Positions 1-10,279 of a stretch of DNA of 64,000 bases are shown here, piece by piece; position 1 is the first letter of the stretch; each line of letters begins with the position of its first letter. The stretch comes from Desulfatiglandales bacterium (GTDB lineage: Bacteria; Desulfobacterota; DSM-4660; Desulfatiglandales; HGW-15). The notes beneath the pieces are model-generated. The model did not search any database, was not told the DNA's origin, and was given only the letters and a program-made list of their open reading frames with translations. The translations under genes and the position numbers were made by a program. Where the stretch lies: positions 2,176,001 to 2,240,000 of the forward strand of contig CAXXJJ010000004.1 of assembly GCA_963667015.2 (NCBI GenBank). The letters are read 5' to 3'.

Positions 1-2
1 TT

Positions 3-476
3 TTATTTCCTGTAATTGCCCATGTTAATTTTATATGTACCGGTTTTCTGAAAGGCCTTAATCGTATCTTTATCCCGATTATTCTAGGTGGTACGGCTGG
101 CTTTTTAATCGGCCTGATGAAGGATAGGTGGATGAGGATAAATACGAACCTGGAACAACTGGTTAAGGAAAAAACAAATGACCTGAACGAGAAAATTCAG
201 GAGTTGGAAACTGCTAACAGCACGATATTGGAAATATCAAGAAAAGACCCCCTTACAAATCTTGCAAACAGGCGTTTCTTTTATGAGAGGGCGGAAGAAT
301 TATATTCACTGTCCAGACGTCATTCAAAGGATCTGTCCCTGATCATGTCTGATATTGATAACTTTAAAAGTGTCAACGATAATTACGGACATGACATGGG
401 CGATACAGTTTTAAAAAAATTTGCAGACACAATGAAGGAATGCAGCCGTTCTGAGGACCTGGCAGCCCACAAATGA
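3..476 (+). pseudogene. Diguanylate cyclase (GGDEF) gene, 5' part outside the window, 3'-truncated before the GGEEF motif
   Basis: Frame is open from the window start. DPLTNLANRR and DIDNFKSVNDNYGHDMGD motifs are present; the ORF ends at SEDLAAHK* where RxGGEEF is expected. Confidence 0.8.
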
Positions 477-898
477 TTAAGATAGAGTTTCGAAACTTTC
501 TGTCTATAGACACCCTCATGTTTTTTCCAATGTGCTTTATGCGTTACAACAATGATATAATCGCCAGGCTTGAAAAAACCGCTTTTCTTATTTATTGGGA
601 TTGTGTATGTCTCTCTTCTTTCACCTCGAACCGTATAATAATCAGGGATAGCAATGGTATTCAAATTTTTTTCTTCTTTTTTGTAAATAATAAAAATTGA
701 ATCCAATCCTTTAAGGATTTCTGAATCTTCAATTCCTAAGCGTATTCCCATAATATCAGAACCGGTAGAGGGATGAAAGTGAATAACTTTAACGGTCTTC
801 TGACCATCCTTATTTAAATACGGAATAAGAATCGTTGTGTGTGCCATTGCAGTTACAGGAAACAAGAACAGCATTATCATGGTTACAAAATATTTCAT
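383..898 (-). pseudogene. Exported DUF4198-like (Ni/Co transport-associated) protein, 3'-truncated at about 468
   Basis: Signal peptide ending AMA-H and FKPGDY motif; the last ~28 aa are simply the antisense of the GGDEF gene. Confidence 0.55.
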
Positions 899-956
899 TG
901 TATTCGTCTATAAATTTAACAAGTTACATTGGTGACAGATCGCAGTTCTCCCTGTT

Positions 957-2330
957 TTATACTTCCCTAAGTTTTAGAGATATCTTTTCCGCTGCTGCAA
1001 CAAACAGGTTATTGGCCGGGAAAAATGACTGGTACGGCTGGGCGGAATAACTGAAATTAACTAACTGATCCACAGTGATTTTATTTTGAATCGCCATTGT
1101 GATTAAGTCAACTTTATCAGTCACAGGCTCTCCACTTACCACCTGACCTCCAAGAAGTTCACCGTTTTTACGGTTTGCAATCAGTTTTATTTTGACCGGT
1201 TTTGAAGAAGGCATTATAGGGAATGCTGTAGTTAAATCTGCATAACCGGTGACTGTATCAAACATGTCGTTTGCAATGCGCTCGGTTAATCCGCTGCTGC
1301 CAACAAACTGACTACCGATTTTTGTGGCTGCACCATTGTAAAATCCTTCATACTGCCGGCTGGCTCCTAAAAGATTTTTGGCCAGCAATCGGGCCATTGG
1401 TACTGCATTAGTGGCTAGCTTCCCTGGCCAGACCTTACCTGTGATGGCGCTTGTAAATTCAACACAATCGCCTACAGCATACACTCCCGGGATATTCGTC
1501 TCCATTTTATCATTTACAATAATACCGGTTTTTCCGATTTCCAATGATGAATCCTTAAACAAATCGATATCAGGCCGAGTCCCGACAGCAAATATTACCA
1601 GCATCGGAAGTTTTGTTTCATCGCCATTTCCCGAATATTCATCAGGCGACCCTAAACTAAGTGTTTGATTATTATCCAGATGCACCTCCTCAACCACCTT
1701 ATTTCCGGACAGCTTAATAACACTATGCTGCAAATGAAGAAGTATCCCTGCACTCAGCAATTCCTTTTCCACATCTTCAAGCATTTCCGCATCAAGCATA
1801 TTGGGCACAATATGGGGTTCCATATCCACCAGATGGGTTTTCAGCCCTTTCTGATTCAGTGCCTGGGCCAGTTCGATACCAATTGCACCGGCCCCGACAA
1901 CCACCACTTTTTTTGTCCCGTTTTCTACATGCTTCAGGATTATTCGTAAATCCTGCTCAGTTTTAAAGGTCATGACTCCCTGCAGTGAGGAACCTTCGAT
2001 TGGAGGCATGATTGGAGTGCCGCCCGTTGCAATCACCAGGATTTCATATGCAAGGATCTGCGCCTGTTCGGTAGTAACGATTTTGTTCGCAAAATCCACT
2101 GTAATGGCCCGATCCCGAATGAGTTCAGCCCCTGTATCGGTAACAAGGTTATCCGATTTCAGGGTTTTATCTACACTCATCAATCCTTCAATTGCATAGG
2201 GCATTGCACAGTAAATCATGGAATGATCTTCTGGACGAAGGATTCCCATTTTTCGCGTACTGGCTAAATTTTTAGCAAGCGTGATTCCTGCAGGACCTCC
2301 GCCGATCACTAATATATCAAACTTTTTCAT
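957..2330 (-). CDS. FAD-dependent pyridine nucleotide-disulfide oxidoreductase (NADH oxidase/CoA-disulfide reductase-like)
   Basis: GGGPAG, single active Cys in MIYCAMPY, GAGAIG, GVYAVGD, C-terminal dimerisation domain. Confidence 0.9.
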   Translation of the reverse strand: MKKFDILVIGGGPAGITLAKNLASTRKMGILRPEDHSMIYCAMPYAIEGLMSVDKTLKSDNLVTDTGAELIRDRAITVDFANKIVTTEQAQILAYEILVIATGGTPIMPPIEGSSLQGVMTFKTEQDLRIILKHVENGTKKVVVVGAGAIGIELAQALNQKGLKTHLVDMEPHIVPNMLDAEMLEDVEKELLSAGILLHLQHSVIKLSGNKVVEEVHLDNNQTLSLGSPDEYSGNGDETKLPMLVIFAVGTRPDIDLFKDSSLEIGKTGIIVNDKMETNIPGVYAVGDCVEFTSAITGKVWPGKLATNAVPMARLLAKNLLGASRQYEGFYNGAATKIGSQFVGSSGLTERIANDMFDTVTGYADLTTAFPIMPSSKPVKIKLIANRKNGELLGGQVVSGEPVTDKVDLITMAIQNKITVDQLVNFSYSAQPYQSFFPANNLFVAAAEKISLKLREV

Positions 2331-2389
2331 ATTGTATTACCTCTGTTATTGGGGAAGCTATCTTTGACAATTTTATTACTCCTGGCAGC

Positions 2390-2433
2390 GTTAAGACGGA
2401 TCAGCTTTTTTACAAATACTGATCCGCCTTAAC
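2390..2433 (-). terminator. Stem-loop between the small-protein gene and the oxidoreductase (attenuator or mRNA stabiliser)
   Basis: GTTAAGGCGGATCAG...CTGATCCGTCTTAAC inverted repeat; the single mismatch is a G-U pair on the minus strand. Confidence 0.5.
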
Positions 2434-2465
2434 ACAAAAGGGTTCCCCTCCCCCGCTCATTCGCA

Positions 2466-2645
2466 CTAACGTCCACCATCCGGGAAGGCCATCTCATCAC
2501 ATCGCCGGCAACCCTGTTCTCTGAAATCTTTTTCGGGGTCAATACCTGTATCACAAAGCCAGCCGTATCCTTCTTTGTCCTGAAAATATTTCAACGGACG
2601 TGCAGGTTTGTGATCATATGTTGTTTCTTTTTTTTCTTTAGACAT
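2466..2645 (-). CDS. Unannotated 59-aa three-Cys protein, copy 1 (MSKEKKETTYDHKPARPLKYFQDKEGYGWLCDTGIDPEKDFREQGCRRCDEMAFPDGGR)
   Basis: Below the ORF-track cutoff; AAGGAG RBS; paralogue at 4646-4825 with many synonymous changes. Confidence 0.85.
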   Translation of the reverse strand: MSKEKKETTYDHKPARPLKYFQDKEGYGWLCDTGIDPEKDFREQGCRRCDEMAFPDGGR

Positions 2646-2707
2646 GTTATTCTCCTTTTCTTCATAAGGTTAAAAGTGAATGGAATATTATGCTGTTTAT
2701 ATAAATG

Positions 2708-2723
2708 AGCATAATCCATGCCA
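2708..2723 (-). promoter_or_regulatory. sigma54 -24/-12 promoter
   Basis: TGGCATGGATTATGCT (GG-N10-GC) upstream of the 59-aa gene. Confidence 0.75.
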
Positions 2724-2821
2724 GAGAAAGTCAGAGTATTTCATTAGCTGATTACTTTTGATATATCAATGTGATATGGGCTCTTATGGTAACTGAGGAA
2801 AAAAAGAAATAATAAATAAAG

Positions 2822-2869
2822 GGCGCAAAACTGCTACCTGAAAAAGGGCGGAGGTTGCAATCCTGCTAT
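2822..2869. promoter_or_regulatory. Tandem enhancer palindromes, motif A
   Basis: GGCGCA-AAAC-TGCTAC and GTTGCA-ATCC-TGCTAT, 32 bp apart, between divergent sigma54 promoters. Confidence 0.6.
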
Positions 2870-2957
2870 CCTGATATTTCCGGTTGATTTGCATATACTT
2901 GATTTAAGCCATTGATAATACGATATTTCCCGCTATTTAACTGTTTGATTGCACTTA

Positions 2958-2973
2958 TGGCGTATATCTTGCT
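2958..2973 (+). promoter_or_regulatory. sigma54 -24/-12 promoter for the AhpD-like gene
   Basis: TGGCGTATATCTTGCT. Confidence 0.75.
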
Positions 2974-3061
2974 ATTTTTTTTAATGAAGAGATAAGGTTA
3001 GTGAAATTAATTCTGTTTTACATATGATCAGATATAATAATTGAATCAAAAGGAGCAAGAA

Positions 3062-3592
3062 ATGGCTTACATCAGACTTCCGGATTTTAATGAGATGGAT
3101 CCGGCTATTCAAAGAGAATTAAGGCCCATATTTGAAAAAACCGGCAATATCGGCGAAATCATGAAAATTATAGCTATTAAGAAAAACATCTTTTTTGCTA
3201 CTGACAAAATGGCAAAAAGCTATCTGCTGGATAAAACGGAACTCTCATTTAAAATCAAAGAACGAATCGCGCTGCTTGTTTCGCTTGAAAACGGCTGTAA
3301 GATGTGTGTTGGCATCCATAAGCAGATTGCCAGAATGCTTGGGATGAGCGAAGAGGAGGTTGAACAGGCAGCGAAAGGTATAGAGTTCATTGAAGTAGAA
3401 GAAAATGAAAAAAAATTACTTGAATTCAGTTTAAAAGCATCCAGAAAAGACAATTATAAAACCACTCAAAAAGATATTGACGACCTTAAAAAATCGGGTT
3501 TTACAGAAAGCCAGATACTGGAGGCAGTAGCCCTTGTAGGCTATTTTAATTACATAAATACCATTTCCAATGTATTTGGCCTGGAAAGCTGA
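3062..3592 (+). CDS. AhpD/carboxymuconolactone decarboxylase-family peroxidase-related protein
   Basis: ERIALLVSLENGCKMCVGIH (CxxC..H); AAGGAG RBS before ATG 3062. Confidence 0.85.
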   Translation: MAYIRLPDFNEMDPAIQRELRPIFEKTGNIGEIMKIIAIKKNIFFATDKMAKSYLLDKTELSFKIKERIALLVSLENGCKMCVGIHKQIARMLGMSEEEVEQAAKGIEFIEVEENEKKLLEFSLKASRKDNYKTTQKDIDDLKKSGFTESQILEAVALVGYFNYINTISNVFGLES

Positions 3593-3677
3593 ACTTATTG
3601 CCCTGCTCTATAAAGTGGGGCGCCTCACGTTAACCCGCAATAACTGTGATCACTTCGTGATAATATCCTTATTTTAC

Positions 3678-4607
3678 TTAATGCTTCATCTTTTCCAGGT
3701 AATTTTCTGCATGAAGTGCCGCTGCGGCTCCTTCTCCGACAGCAGTAGAGATCTGACGAAAGCCTTCACTGGTCACATCACCGGCAGCAAATACACCCGG
3801 GATACTGGTTTCCTGTCTTCGGTTCACCTTGATAAAGCCCTGCTCATCCAGTTCAATTTCACTGTTTAGAAATTCCGTCGCCGGCCGTGTGCCAACAAAG
3901 ATAAAAACACCATCAACGCCAAGCGAGCTTGTTTCTCCGGATTTAACATTTTTTACCAGGAGCGCCTTTACTCCTTTTTCGCCTTCAATTTTAATGGGTA
4001 GTGTATCCCACACAAATCGTATCTGTTCGTTAGCAAATGCACGATCCTGAAGAATCTTTGTAGCCCGCAGTTCATCTCGCCTGTGCACAATATGCACCTG
4101 CTTTGCAAAACGTGTAAGAAAAAGCGCTTCTTCTACAGCGGTGTCACCACCACCGATTACGGCAACAGAAGCATCACGAAAAAATGGGCCATCACATGTG
4201 CCACAGTAGGAGACACCCTTTCCCTGAAATTGACTTTCACCCTCTATCTCCAGTTTTCGGGGCTGTGCGCCCGGAGCCAGAATTACACAACGGGTTTTTA
4301 ATAAACCCGAATCAAGCACCAGAGATTTCTCCTGTCCGTGGAGATCTACTCCCTGCACCTCATGATTCATAATCCTCAGCCCAAATTTCTCCGCCTGTGT
4401 CTTCATACTATCCATAAGCTCAAAACCGCTGATCCCATCAGGGAAACCAGGGTAATTCTCAACACTGTCTGTATTTAAAACCTGCCCTCCCGGACCAAAT
4501 TTTTCGACCAAAACCACGTCCAGCTTGTCGCGGGCAGCATACAGTCCGGCGGTCAACCCCGCAGGACCACCCCCTACTATAACAAGGTCATATGTATGGC
4601 CCCTCAT
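3678..4607 (-). CDS. trxB: Thioredoxin-disulfide reductase
   Basis: GGGPAG, VENYPGF, GVSYCGTCDG, GGGDTAVEEA, HRRD. Confidence 0.95.
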   Translation of the reverse strand: MRGHTYDLVIVGGGPAGLTAGLYAARDKLDVVLVEKFGPGGQVLNTDSVENYPGFPDGISGFELMDSMKTQAEKFGLRIMNHEVQGVDLHGQEKSLVLDSGLLKTRCVILAPGAQPRKLEIEGESQFQGKGVSYCGTCDGPFFRDASVAVIGGGDTAVEEALFLTRFAKQVHIVHRRDELRATKILQDRAFANEQIRFVWDTLPIKIEGEKGVKALLVKNVKSGETSSLGVDGVFIFVGTRPATEFLNSEIELDEQGFIKVNRRQETSIPGVFAAGDVTSEGFRQISTAVGEGAAAALHAENYLEKMKH

Positions 4608-4645
4608 TGCATCCTTTTTAAATAACATTGTCTATCTCTCCTGCG

Positions 4646-4825
4646 CTAACGTCCACCGTCAGGGAAAGCCATCTCATCACACCGCCAGCAACCCTGCTCT
4701 CTGAAATCTTTACCTGGGTCAATGTCTATATCACAAAGCCAGCCGTATCCTTCCTTGTCCTGAAAGTATTTCAACGGACGCGCGGGTTTGTGCTCATAGT
4801 ACGTATCCTTCTCTTCTTTGGCCAT
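4646..4825 (-). CDS. Unannotated 59-aa three-Cys protein, copy 2 (MAKEEKDTYYEHKPARPLKYFQDKEGYGWLCDIDIDPGKDFREQGCWRCDEMAFPDGGR)
   Basis: 50/59 aa identical to 2466-2645; same RBS and promoter. Confidence 0.85.
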   Translation of the reverse strand: MAKEEKDTYYEHKPARPLKYFQDKEGYGWLCDIDIDPGKDFREQGCWRCDEMAFPDGGR

Positions 4826-4887
4826 GTTATTCTCCTTTTCTTCATAAGATTAACAGTGAATGGAATATTTTGTTGTTTATCTAAATG

Positions 4888-4903
4888 AGCATTATCCATG
4901 CCA
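4888..4903 (-). promoter_or_regulatory. sigma54 -24/-12 promoter
   Basis: TGGCATGGATAATGCT. Confidence 0.75.
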
Positions 4904-5002
4904 GGGGAAAACAGAAGCACATCCTAACTGAATTACCTTTATTATTTCAGTATGATACAAGATGTAATGGTTAACAAATCAGAAATAGAGTATCAAATAA
5001 AA

Positions 5003-5051
5003 GGTGCAGAATTGATACCTGTTATCAGGCCCATGGCTGCAATTATGCTAC
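5003..5051. promoter_or_regulatory. Tandem enhancer palindromes, motif A
   Basis: GGTGCA-GAAT-TGATAC and GCTGCA-ATTA-TGCTAC, 33 bp apart, ~100 bp from the -24 box. Confidence 0.6.
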
Positions 5052-5059
5052 TCTGTTTT

Positions 5060-7840
5060 TTAGGTGATTTTTGAAAGCTTTACAGCACACACCTTATATT
5101 CCGGTATCTGGGATATCGGATCCAGGGCTGAACTTGTTAATACATTGGCAGCCCCCGCGGCATAGTGGAAAGGTATAAATATTGTTCCTGTTACAGCAAG
5201 ATCAGATATCTTTGCTTCTGCCTCGATCTCGCCACGTCTTGAGGCTATCTTCAGCATGTCACCATTTGAAATATTATATGAACCGGCATCTTCCTCTGAT
5301 ATCTCAACAAAACTCCCTGGAGCCAGTTCATTAAGGCCTTTTGATTTCATGGTCATGGTACCTGTATGATACTGGTAACGTACACGCCCGGTTGTCAGAT
5401 ACATGGGGTACTCATTATCAATAATTTCTGCAGGCGGTCGATAATCAATCGCATGAAACAATCCCAGGCCGCGTGAAAATTTTTCAACATGAAGACATGG
5501 CGTTCCGGGATGATCAGTTGACGGACAGGGCCAGTGGATGCCGTCTTCTTCAATTCGATCATAATTGATCCCACGGTAGGAAGGCGTAACCTCGGCAATC
5601 TCTTTCATTATTTCCTCAGCATTATTATATTCCATTGGATAACCCATCCTGCAGGAAATTTCGCAAATAATCTTCCAATCCTCTTTTGCTTCACCAGGAG
5701 AATCAATAGCCCTGCGCACCCTCTGGACCTTGCGCTCAGTATTTACAAATGTACCATCCTTTTCAGCAAATGAGGCAGCAGGCAGCACCACATCAGCCAT
5801 CTCTGCCGTTTCAGTCATAAAAATGTCCTGAACCACCAGAAAATCAAGATTTTCTATAGCCTTTTTCGCATGATTCAGATTAGGATCGGAAATCATCGGA
5901 TTTTCACCGATAATATACAGGGACTTAAGCTTGCCTTCATAGGCCTTTTCCATCATCCCGGTAGCGGTCAGCCCTACACCCATTGAAAGGCCTGTAATCC
6001 TCCAGGCATCTTCCATACGTTCCTTTACAGCCTTATCTGTAACCAGCTGGTAGGCCGTGTATACATTTGAAAGCCCGCCCATGTCGCAGGCGCCCTGCAC
6101 ATTGTTCTGCCCTCTCAAAGGATTGACACCGCCGCCTTCAATACCCATATTCCCGCAAAGCATTGCCAGGTTGGCCAGTGATTTCACGTTATCTGTCCCT
6201 GTAGTGTGCTGGGTTATCCCCATTGCGTATAGTATCGATGCAGCCGGGGCACTGGCGTATAACCTGGCAGCCTCTATTAACTGTTCCTCTGGTATTCCGC
6301 ATATCTCTTCAACGTATTCCGGGGTATATTTTTCAACAGTCGCCTTCAACTTTTCAAATCCTTCAGTTCTCGAAGCAACATATTCCATGGCATAGAGGTC
6401 TTCCTTAATAATAATATGCATCATCCCGTTGATCCATGCCACATCGGTCCCAATATTCTGCCTGATCCAGATATCAGCATGGGAAGCAATCTGAATTTTT
6501 CGGGGATCAACAACAATTAGTTTGGTGCCATTGAATTTAACCGCCCTTTTTACATAGGTAGAAAGTACCGGATGGTTTTCAGTGGTATTAGAACCTGTTA
6601 TAAGTATAACGTTTGCCTTTTCAATATCCGCTATTGGATTTGTCATTGCACCACTTCCAAATGCTGCGGCCAGCCCGGCCACTGTGGAGCTGTGTCAGAG
6701 ACGGGCGCAGTGGTCGATACTGTTGGTCCCCATTACTACCCTTGTAAATTTCTGGGCCAGGTAGTTTTCTTCATTAGTAATACGCGCACTGCAAAGAGTG
6801 GCCATTGAGTATGGGCCTGATTCTTTTTTAATAGTGGACATTCTTTCAGCTACAAGATCAAGGGCTTCATCCCATGTTGCCTCCCTGAATTTACCATTTT
6901 CCTTGATTAAAGGAGTTTTCAGGCGACCGGGATCATTTATAAAATCATAGCCGAACCTTCCCTTGACACAGAGTCTTCCAAAATTCGGTTTTACATCCTT
7001 AACACCTGTTACTCTTATGACCCTGTTATCCTTGACATGGAGATACAACTGGCATCCAACACCACAGTATGAGCATGTTGTACGAACTTTTTTTACGTCA
7101 TGGTCAAGACCATTTGATAAAAATTCATTCTTTGTTATAAGTGCGCCGACTGGACAGGCCTGAACACACTCTCCGCAGAATACGCAATCCGAATCCTTAA
7201 GAGGCCTGTCACCCTTTTCTCCCCTTGTGACTATCTTCTGTTCGGATTCACTGCCACCTATTTCAATGGCATTATTTACCTGAATATCATTACATGCCTG
7301 AACACACCTTCCACACAGGATGCAGCGGGAAAGGTCCCTTACAATGAAGGGATTAACATTTTCAACAGGCAGTTTTGATTTATCATCCGGATATGCTTTA
7401 CCCTTCACCCGATACCTTATGGCCAGATCCTGGAGCTCACAGTCTCCGTAGGCAGGACACAGGGTTTTATGCTCTTCCGGCCCCATGGTCTGAAGCTGAA
7501 AATCGGTCCAGAAATCCGTATCAAGTGCCTGAACAAGGCAGTTATGGCTTCCCGAAGAAACCAGAAGCTCTATATTTTTACGCCTTTCTGCCACAACCTT
7601 TGGTGACTCTGTTTTGATAACCATATGAGGTGCGGCAGGCTCTGAGCATGATGTTACAAGAGAATCAGAACCTTCAACCTCTACAACACATACCCTGCAT
7701 CTACCTGTGGGTGAAGCACCTTTTAGATAACACAGCGTCGGGATATCTATTCCGTTCCTGCGGGCTACCTGTAGAATTGTTTCGCCATTTTCAAAGGCGA
7801 GTTCTCTGTCATTAATTGTTATTACGTTTTCAGAACTCAT
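5060..7840 (-). CDS. fdhF: Selenocysteine-containing formate dehydrogenase alpha subunit with N-terminal 2Fe-2S/4Fe-4S domains (926 aa; UGA at 6695-6697)
   Basis: ORFs 6695-7840 and 5060-6682 are in frame across TGA: DHCARL-U-HSSTVAGL; CSYCGVGC and LRGQNNVQG motifs; SECIS-like hairpin. Confidence 0.95.
6666..6682 (-). promoter_or_regulatory. SECIS-like hairpin of fdhF
   Basis: GUGGCC-GGGCU-GGCCGC starting 12 nt after the UGA. Confidence 0.8.
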
Positions 7841-7876
7841 CTAAAATCTCCAGCACAATATAGTTTTTTTGCAATA

Positions 7877-9244
7877 TTAAATTTGACGGTCAGGCGGTCT
7901 GATATCTAATTTTTTTATTTTGCGGAACAGCGTTGTCTTGTGCATTTTCAATTCCTTTGCAGCAGCAAGTCTGTTCCACTCATTCTTTATTAAAATTGAA
8001 GTGATAAATTGTTTTTCCACTTCAGCCAGGCTGGATGCTGTCTCCATTTTTTTTGTTCGAGGTCTAAGTGATTCGGGTAGATGCTCCAATCGGATCAAAT
8101 TACCAGGACACAGGACACAGCTATGTTCAATGATGTTCTCCAACTCCCGCACATTTCCCGGGTAATTATAGCCCAATAAGATATCTAATGCCTCAGGTGT
8201 GATACCGCTGATATCTTTGTTTTGAAGAGATGAAAAACGAGCAATAAAATGATTTGTCAACAATGGCACATCTTCCATTCTCTGGCGAAGCGGCGGGATT
8301 TCCAGCTTGATCACATTTATTCGGTAGTAAAGGTCCTGGCGGAATGTTTCCGCTGCTACCATTTTTTCAAGGTCACGGTGTGTGGCCGCAACTATTCGAA
8401 CATCAGTCTTAACAGAATTAACACCCCCCAGGGGTTCGTAGTTTTTCTCCTGAAGTACACGGAGAAGCTTCACCTGCAATAAAAGAGGGAGATCCCCAAC
8501 CTCGTCAAGGAACAGTGTCCCTCCTTCGGCAATGGCGAAACGACCCGGTTTGGATTTGTTGGCTCCTGTAAAGGCTCCTGCTTCGTAACCGAAAAGTTCC
8601 GACTCAATAAGTGTTTCCGGAAAACTGCCGCAGTTGATAGCAACAAATCTCTTTTTACTGCGGCCACTCAGGTTATGAATGGCCCTCGCAAAAAGCTCTT
8701 TGCCTGTTCCGCTTTCTCCTGTTATTAACACGCTGCTTTCATTCAAGGCTATGGTAGGAAGGATGTCCAGGATTTGTCTTGTCTTTTTGTTTTTGGTGAT
8801 AATATCTTCAAAGGTATATGTTTTCTCTATTTCTTTACGAAGTACTTCGACCTGCCTTAGATCACGAAACGTCTCTACGCCGCCGATTAATTTACCTTCT
8901 GTATTTCTGAAAAGTGCAGTAGAAACGCTAACCGGTATCTGCTCTCCCGCCTTATTAGTAAGGTATACTATAAGGTTAATTACCGGCTTCTTGGTATCTA
9001 TTGTATACTGTATAGCACAGGCATCTTTACAAATATTGGATCTAAGCACTTCGTAGCAGCGGCGTCCCAGCACCTCTGAGCGAGACATACCTGTTATTTC
9101 CTCCGCAGCACGGTTGAAACAGGTAATTCGCCACTCACGGTCCACAGTGAAAACGCCTTCACCAATGCTATGAATTACCGTTTCAAAACGTTCTAACGAT
9201 GGTTCATTTAAAAGAACCTTTGAACTAAAAGGGCTTTTTTCCAT
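7877..9244 (-). CDS. PAS-domain sigma54-dependent activator (OrpR-like, Cys-containing PAS)
   Basis: PAS with CYEVLRSNICKDAC (C-x8-C-x3-C), [15 protein letters not shown]-terminal Fis-type HTH. Confidence 0.9.
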   Translation of the reverse strand: MEKSPFSSKVLLNEPSLERFETVIHSIGEGVFTVDREWRITCFNRAAEEITGMSRSEVLGRRCYEVLRSNICKDACAIQYTIDTKKPVINLIVYLTNKAGEQIPVSVSTALFRNTEGKLIGGVETFRDLRQVEVLRKEIEKTYTFEDIITKNKKTRQILDILPTIALNESSVLITGESGTGKELFARAIHNLSGRSKKRFVAINCGSFPETLIESELFGYEAGAFTGANKSKPGRFAIAEGGTLFLDEVGDLPLLLQVKLLRVLQEKNYEPLGGVNSVKTDVRIVAATHRDLEKMVAAETFRQDLYYRINVIKLEIPPLRQRMEDVPLLTNHFIARFSSLQNKDISGITPEALDILLGYNYPGNVRELENIIEHSCVLCPGNLIRLEHLPESLRPRTKKMETASSLAEVEKQFITSILIKNEWNRLAAAKELKMHKTTLFRKIKKLDIRPPDRQI

Positions 9245-9248
9245 ATTT

Positions 9249-9431
9249 TTACTTAATTACCAAATATCCATCCACAAGATTTATTGACTTTACTTTACCT
9301 TCTATGAATGATCTTTCACCAAAAAGGTTTATCAACCAGAAGCCGTTGGCCTCGGCCTCGATTTTCGCAACTTCTTTCATAAACTCAGTTTTTTTATCTC
9401 CTGAATCTATATATACCGTACTCAAACACAT
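9249..9431 (-). CDS. CooT-family nickel-binding protein
   Basis: MCLSTVY N-terminus, NLFGE motif, 60 aa. Confidence 0.8.
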   Translation of the reverse strand: MCLSTVYIDSGDKKTEFMKEVAKIEAEANGFWLINLFGERSFIEGKVKSINLVDGYLVIK

Positions 9432-9508
9432 ATATCTGCCTCCGACTATAACTTTGCCCTTCTTGCAAAATCTGGCAAGCTTTTTAAATAATTGTTTGTT
9501 GTAATGAG

Positions 9509-10264
9509 CTATTTCCCCATCAGAATATCATATATATTTTCAACTGCATGAAGAGCCTTTCCAGGCTCAGGAACACGACCATCCAGACAGGCTTCAAAAA
9601 TTAGTGGATCATCTGGAATTGTACCGATAATTTCTATCTTCATACTATTTAATTTTCTCGTCAATTTCCACGTCACTCTATCGAAACCAACCTTGTTCAG
9701 CACTGCATAGACCTTCTTTTTCATATTTCCTGCAAGACTCTGGATTTTCTCTGCAACCAACAGGGATTCAAAGGATGGTTCAACAACAATGACTACCTTG
9801 TCAATGGCCTCATCAATGCCCCTTCCAAAATGCTCAACGCCCGCTTCCATATCAACAATGGCAACCTCCTTTTCCTGAAGCCGCAGCTTTTTCAGAAACT
9901 CACGGTTCAATACTCCCATGGGGCATGCACATCCTTCCAGTGCCTGAAGAATCTTCCCGATGCTTACCAGCGCAATCCCGTCTAGACATTGAATATAAGG
10001 AGAAGGAATCTTCTCAATCGTGATTTCAGAATATTTGAAAAGATCCGGTTTCTGCATATTTTCTTTTAACGCAGCCTTACCTCCTAAAAGCTCCATGAGC
10101 GGAAAAGGAGGATTATTAAAACCCAGCATCCTGTAAAGACCTGAATTGGATTCATCAGAATCTATGACCAATGGTGAAAACCCTTTTTCCCTGGCCACGC
10201 TGGCCATCAGAGTGACCAGGGTGCTCTTTCCGCTTCCTCCTTTTCCACAGATGCATATCTTCAT
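9509..10264 (-). CDS. CooC/AcsF-family nickel-insertion ATPase
   Basis: GKGGSGKST, GCACP, DMEAGVEHFGRG. Confidence 0.9.
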   Translation of the reverse strand: MKICICGKGGSGKSTLVTLMASVAREKGFSPLVIDSDESNSGLYRMLGFNNPPFPLMELLGGKAALKENMQKPDLFKYSEITIEKIPSPYIQCLDGIALVSIGKILQALEGCACPMGVLNREFLKKLRLQEKEVAIVDMEAGVEHFGRGIDEAIDKVVIVVEPSFESLLVAEKIQSLAGNMKKKVYAVLNKVGFDRVTWKLTRKLNSMKIEIIGTIPDDPLIFEACLDGRVPEPGKALHAVENIYDILMGK

Positions 10265-10279
10265 TTTTTCTACTTATCC

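Noticed and set aside
3590..3630. TGA plus hairpin after the AhpD-like gene as a Sec site
   Set aside because: The protein is complete, there is no Cys-equivalent context, and the hairpin lies between convergent genes.
4628..4888. 86-aa plus-strand ORF
   Set aside because: Antisense shadow of the 59-aa minus-strand gene, which has the RBS, promoter and synonymous-site conservation.
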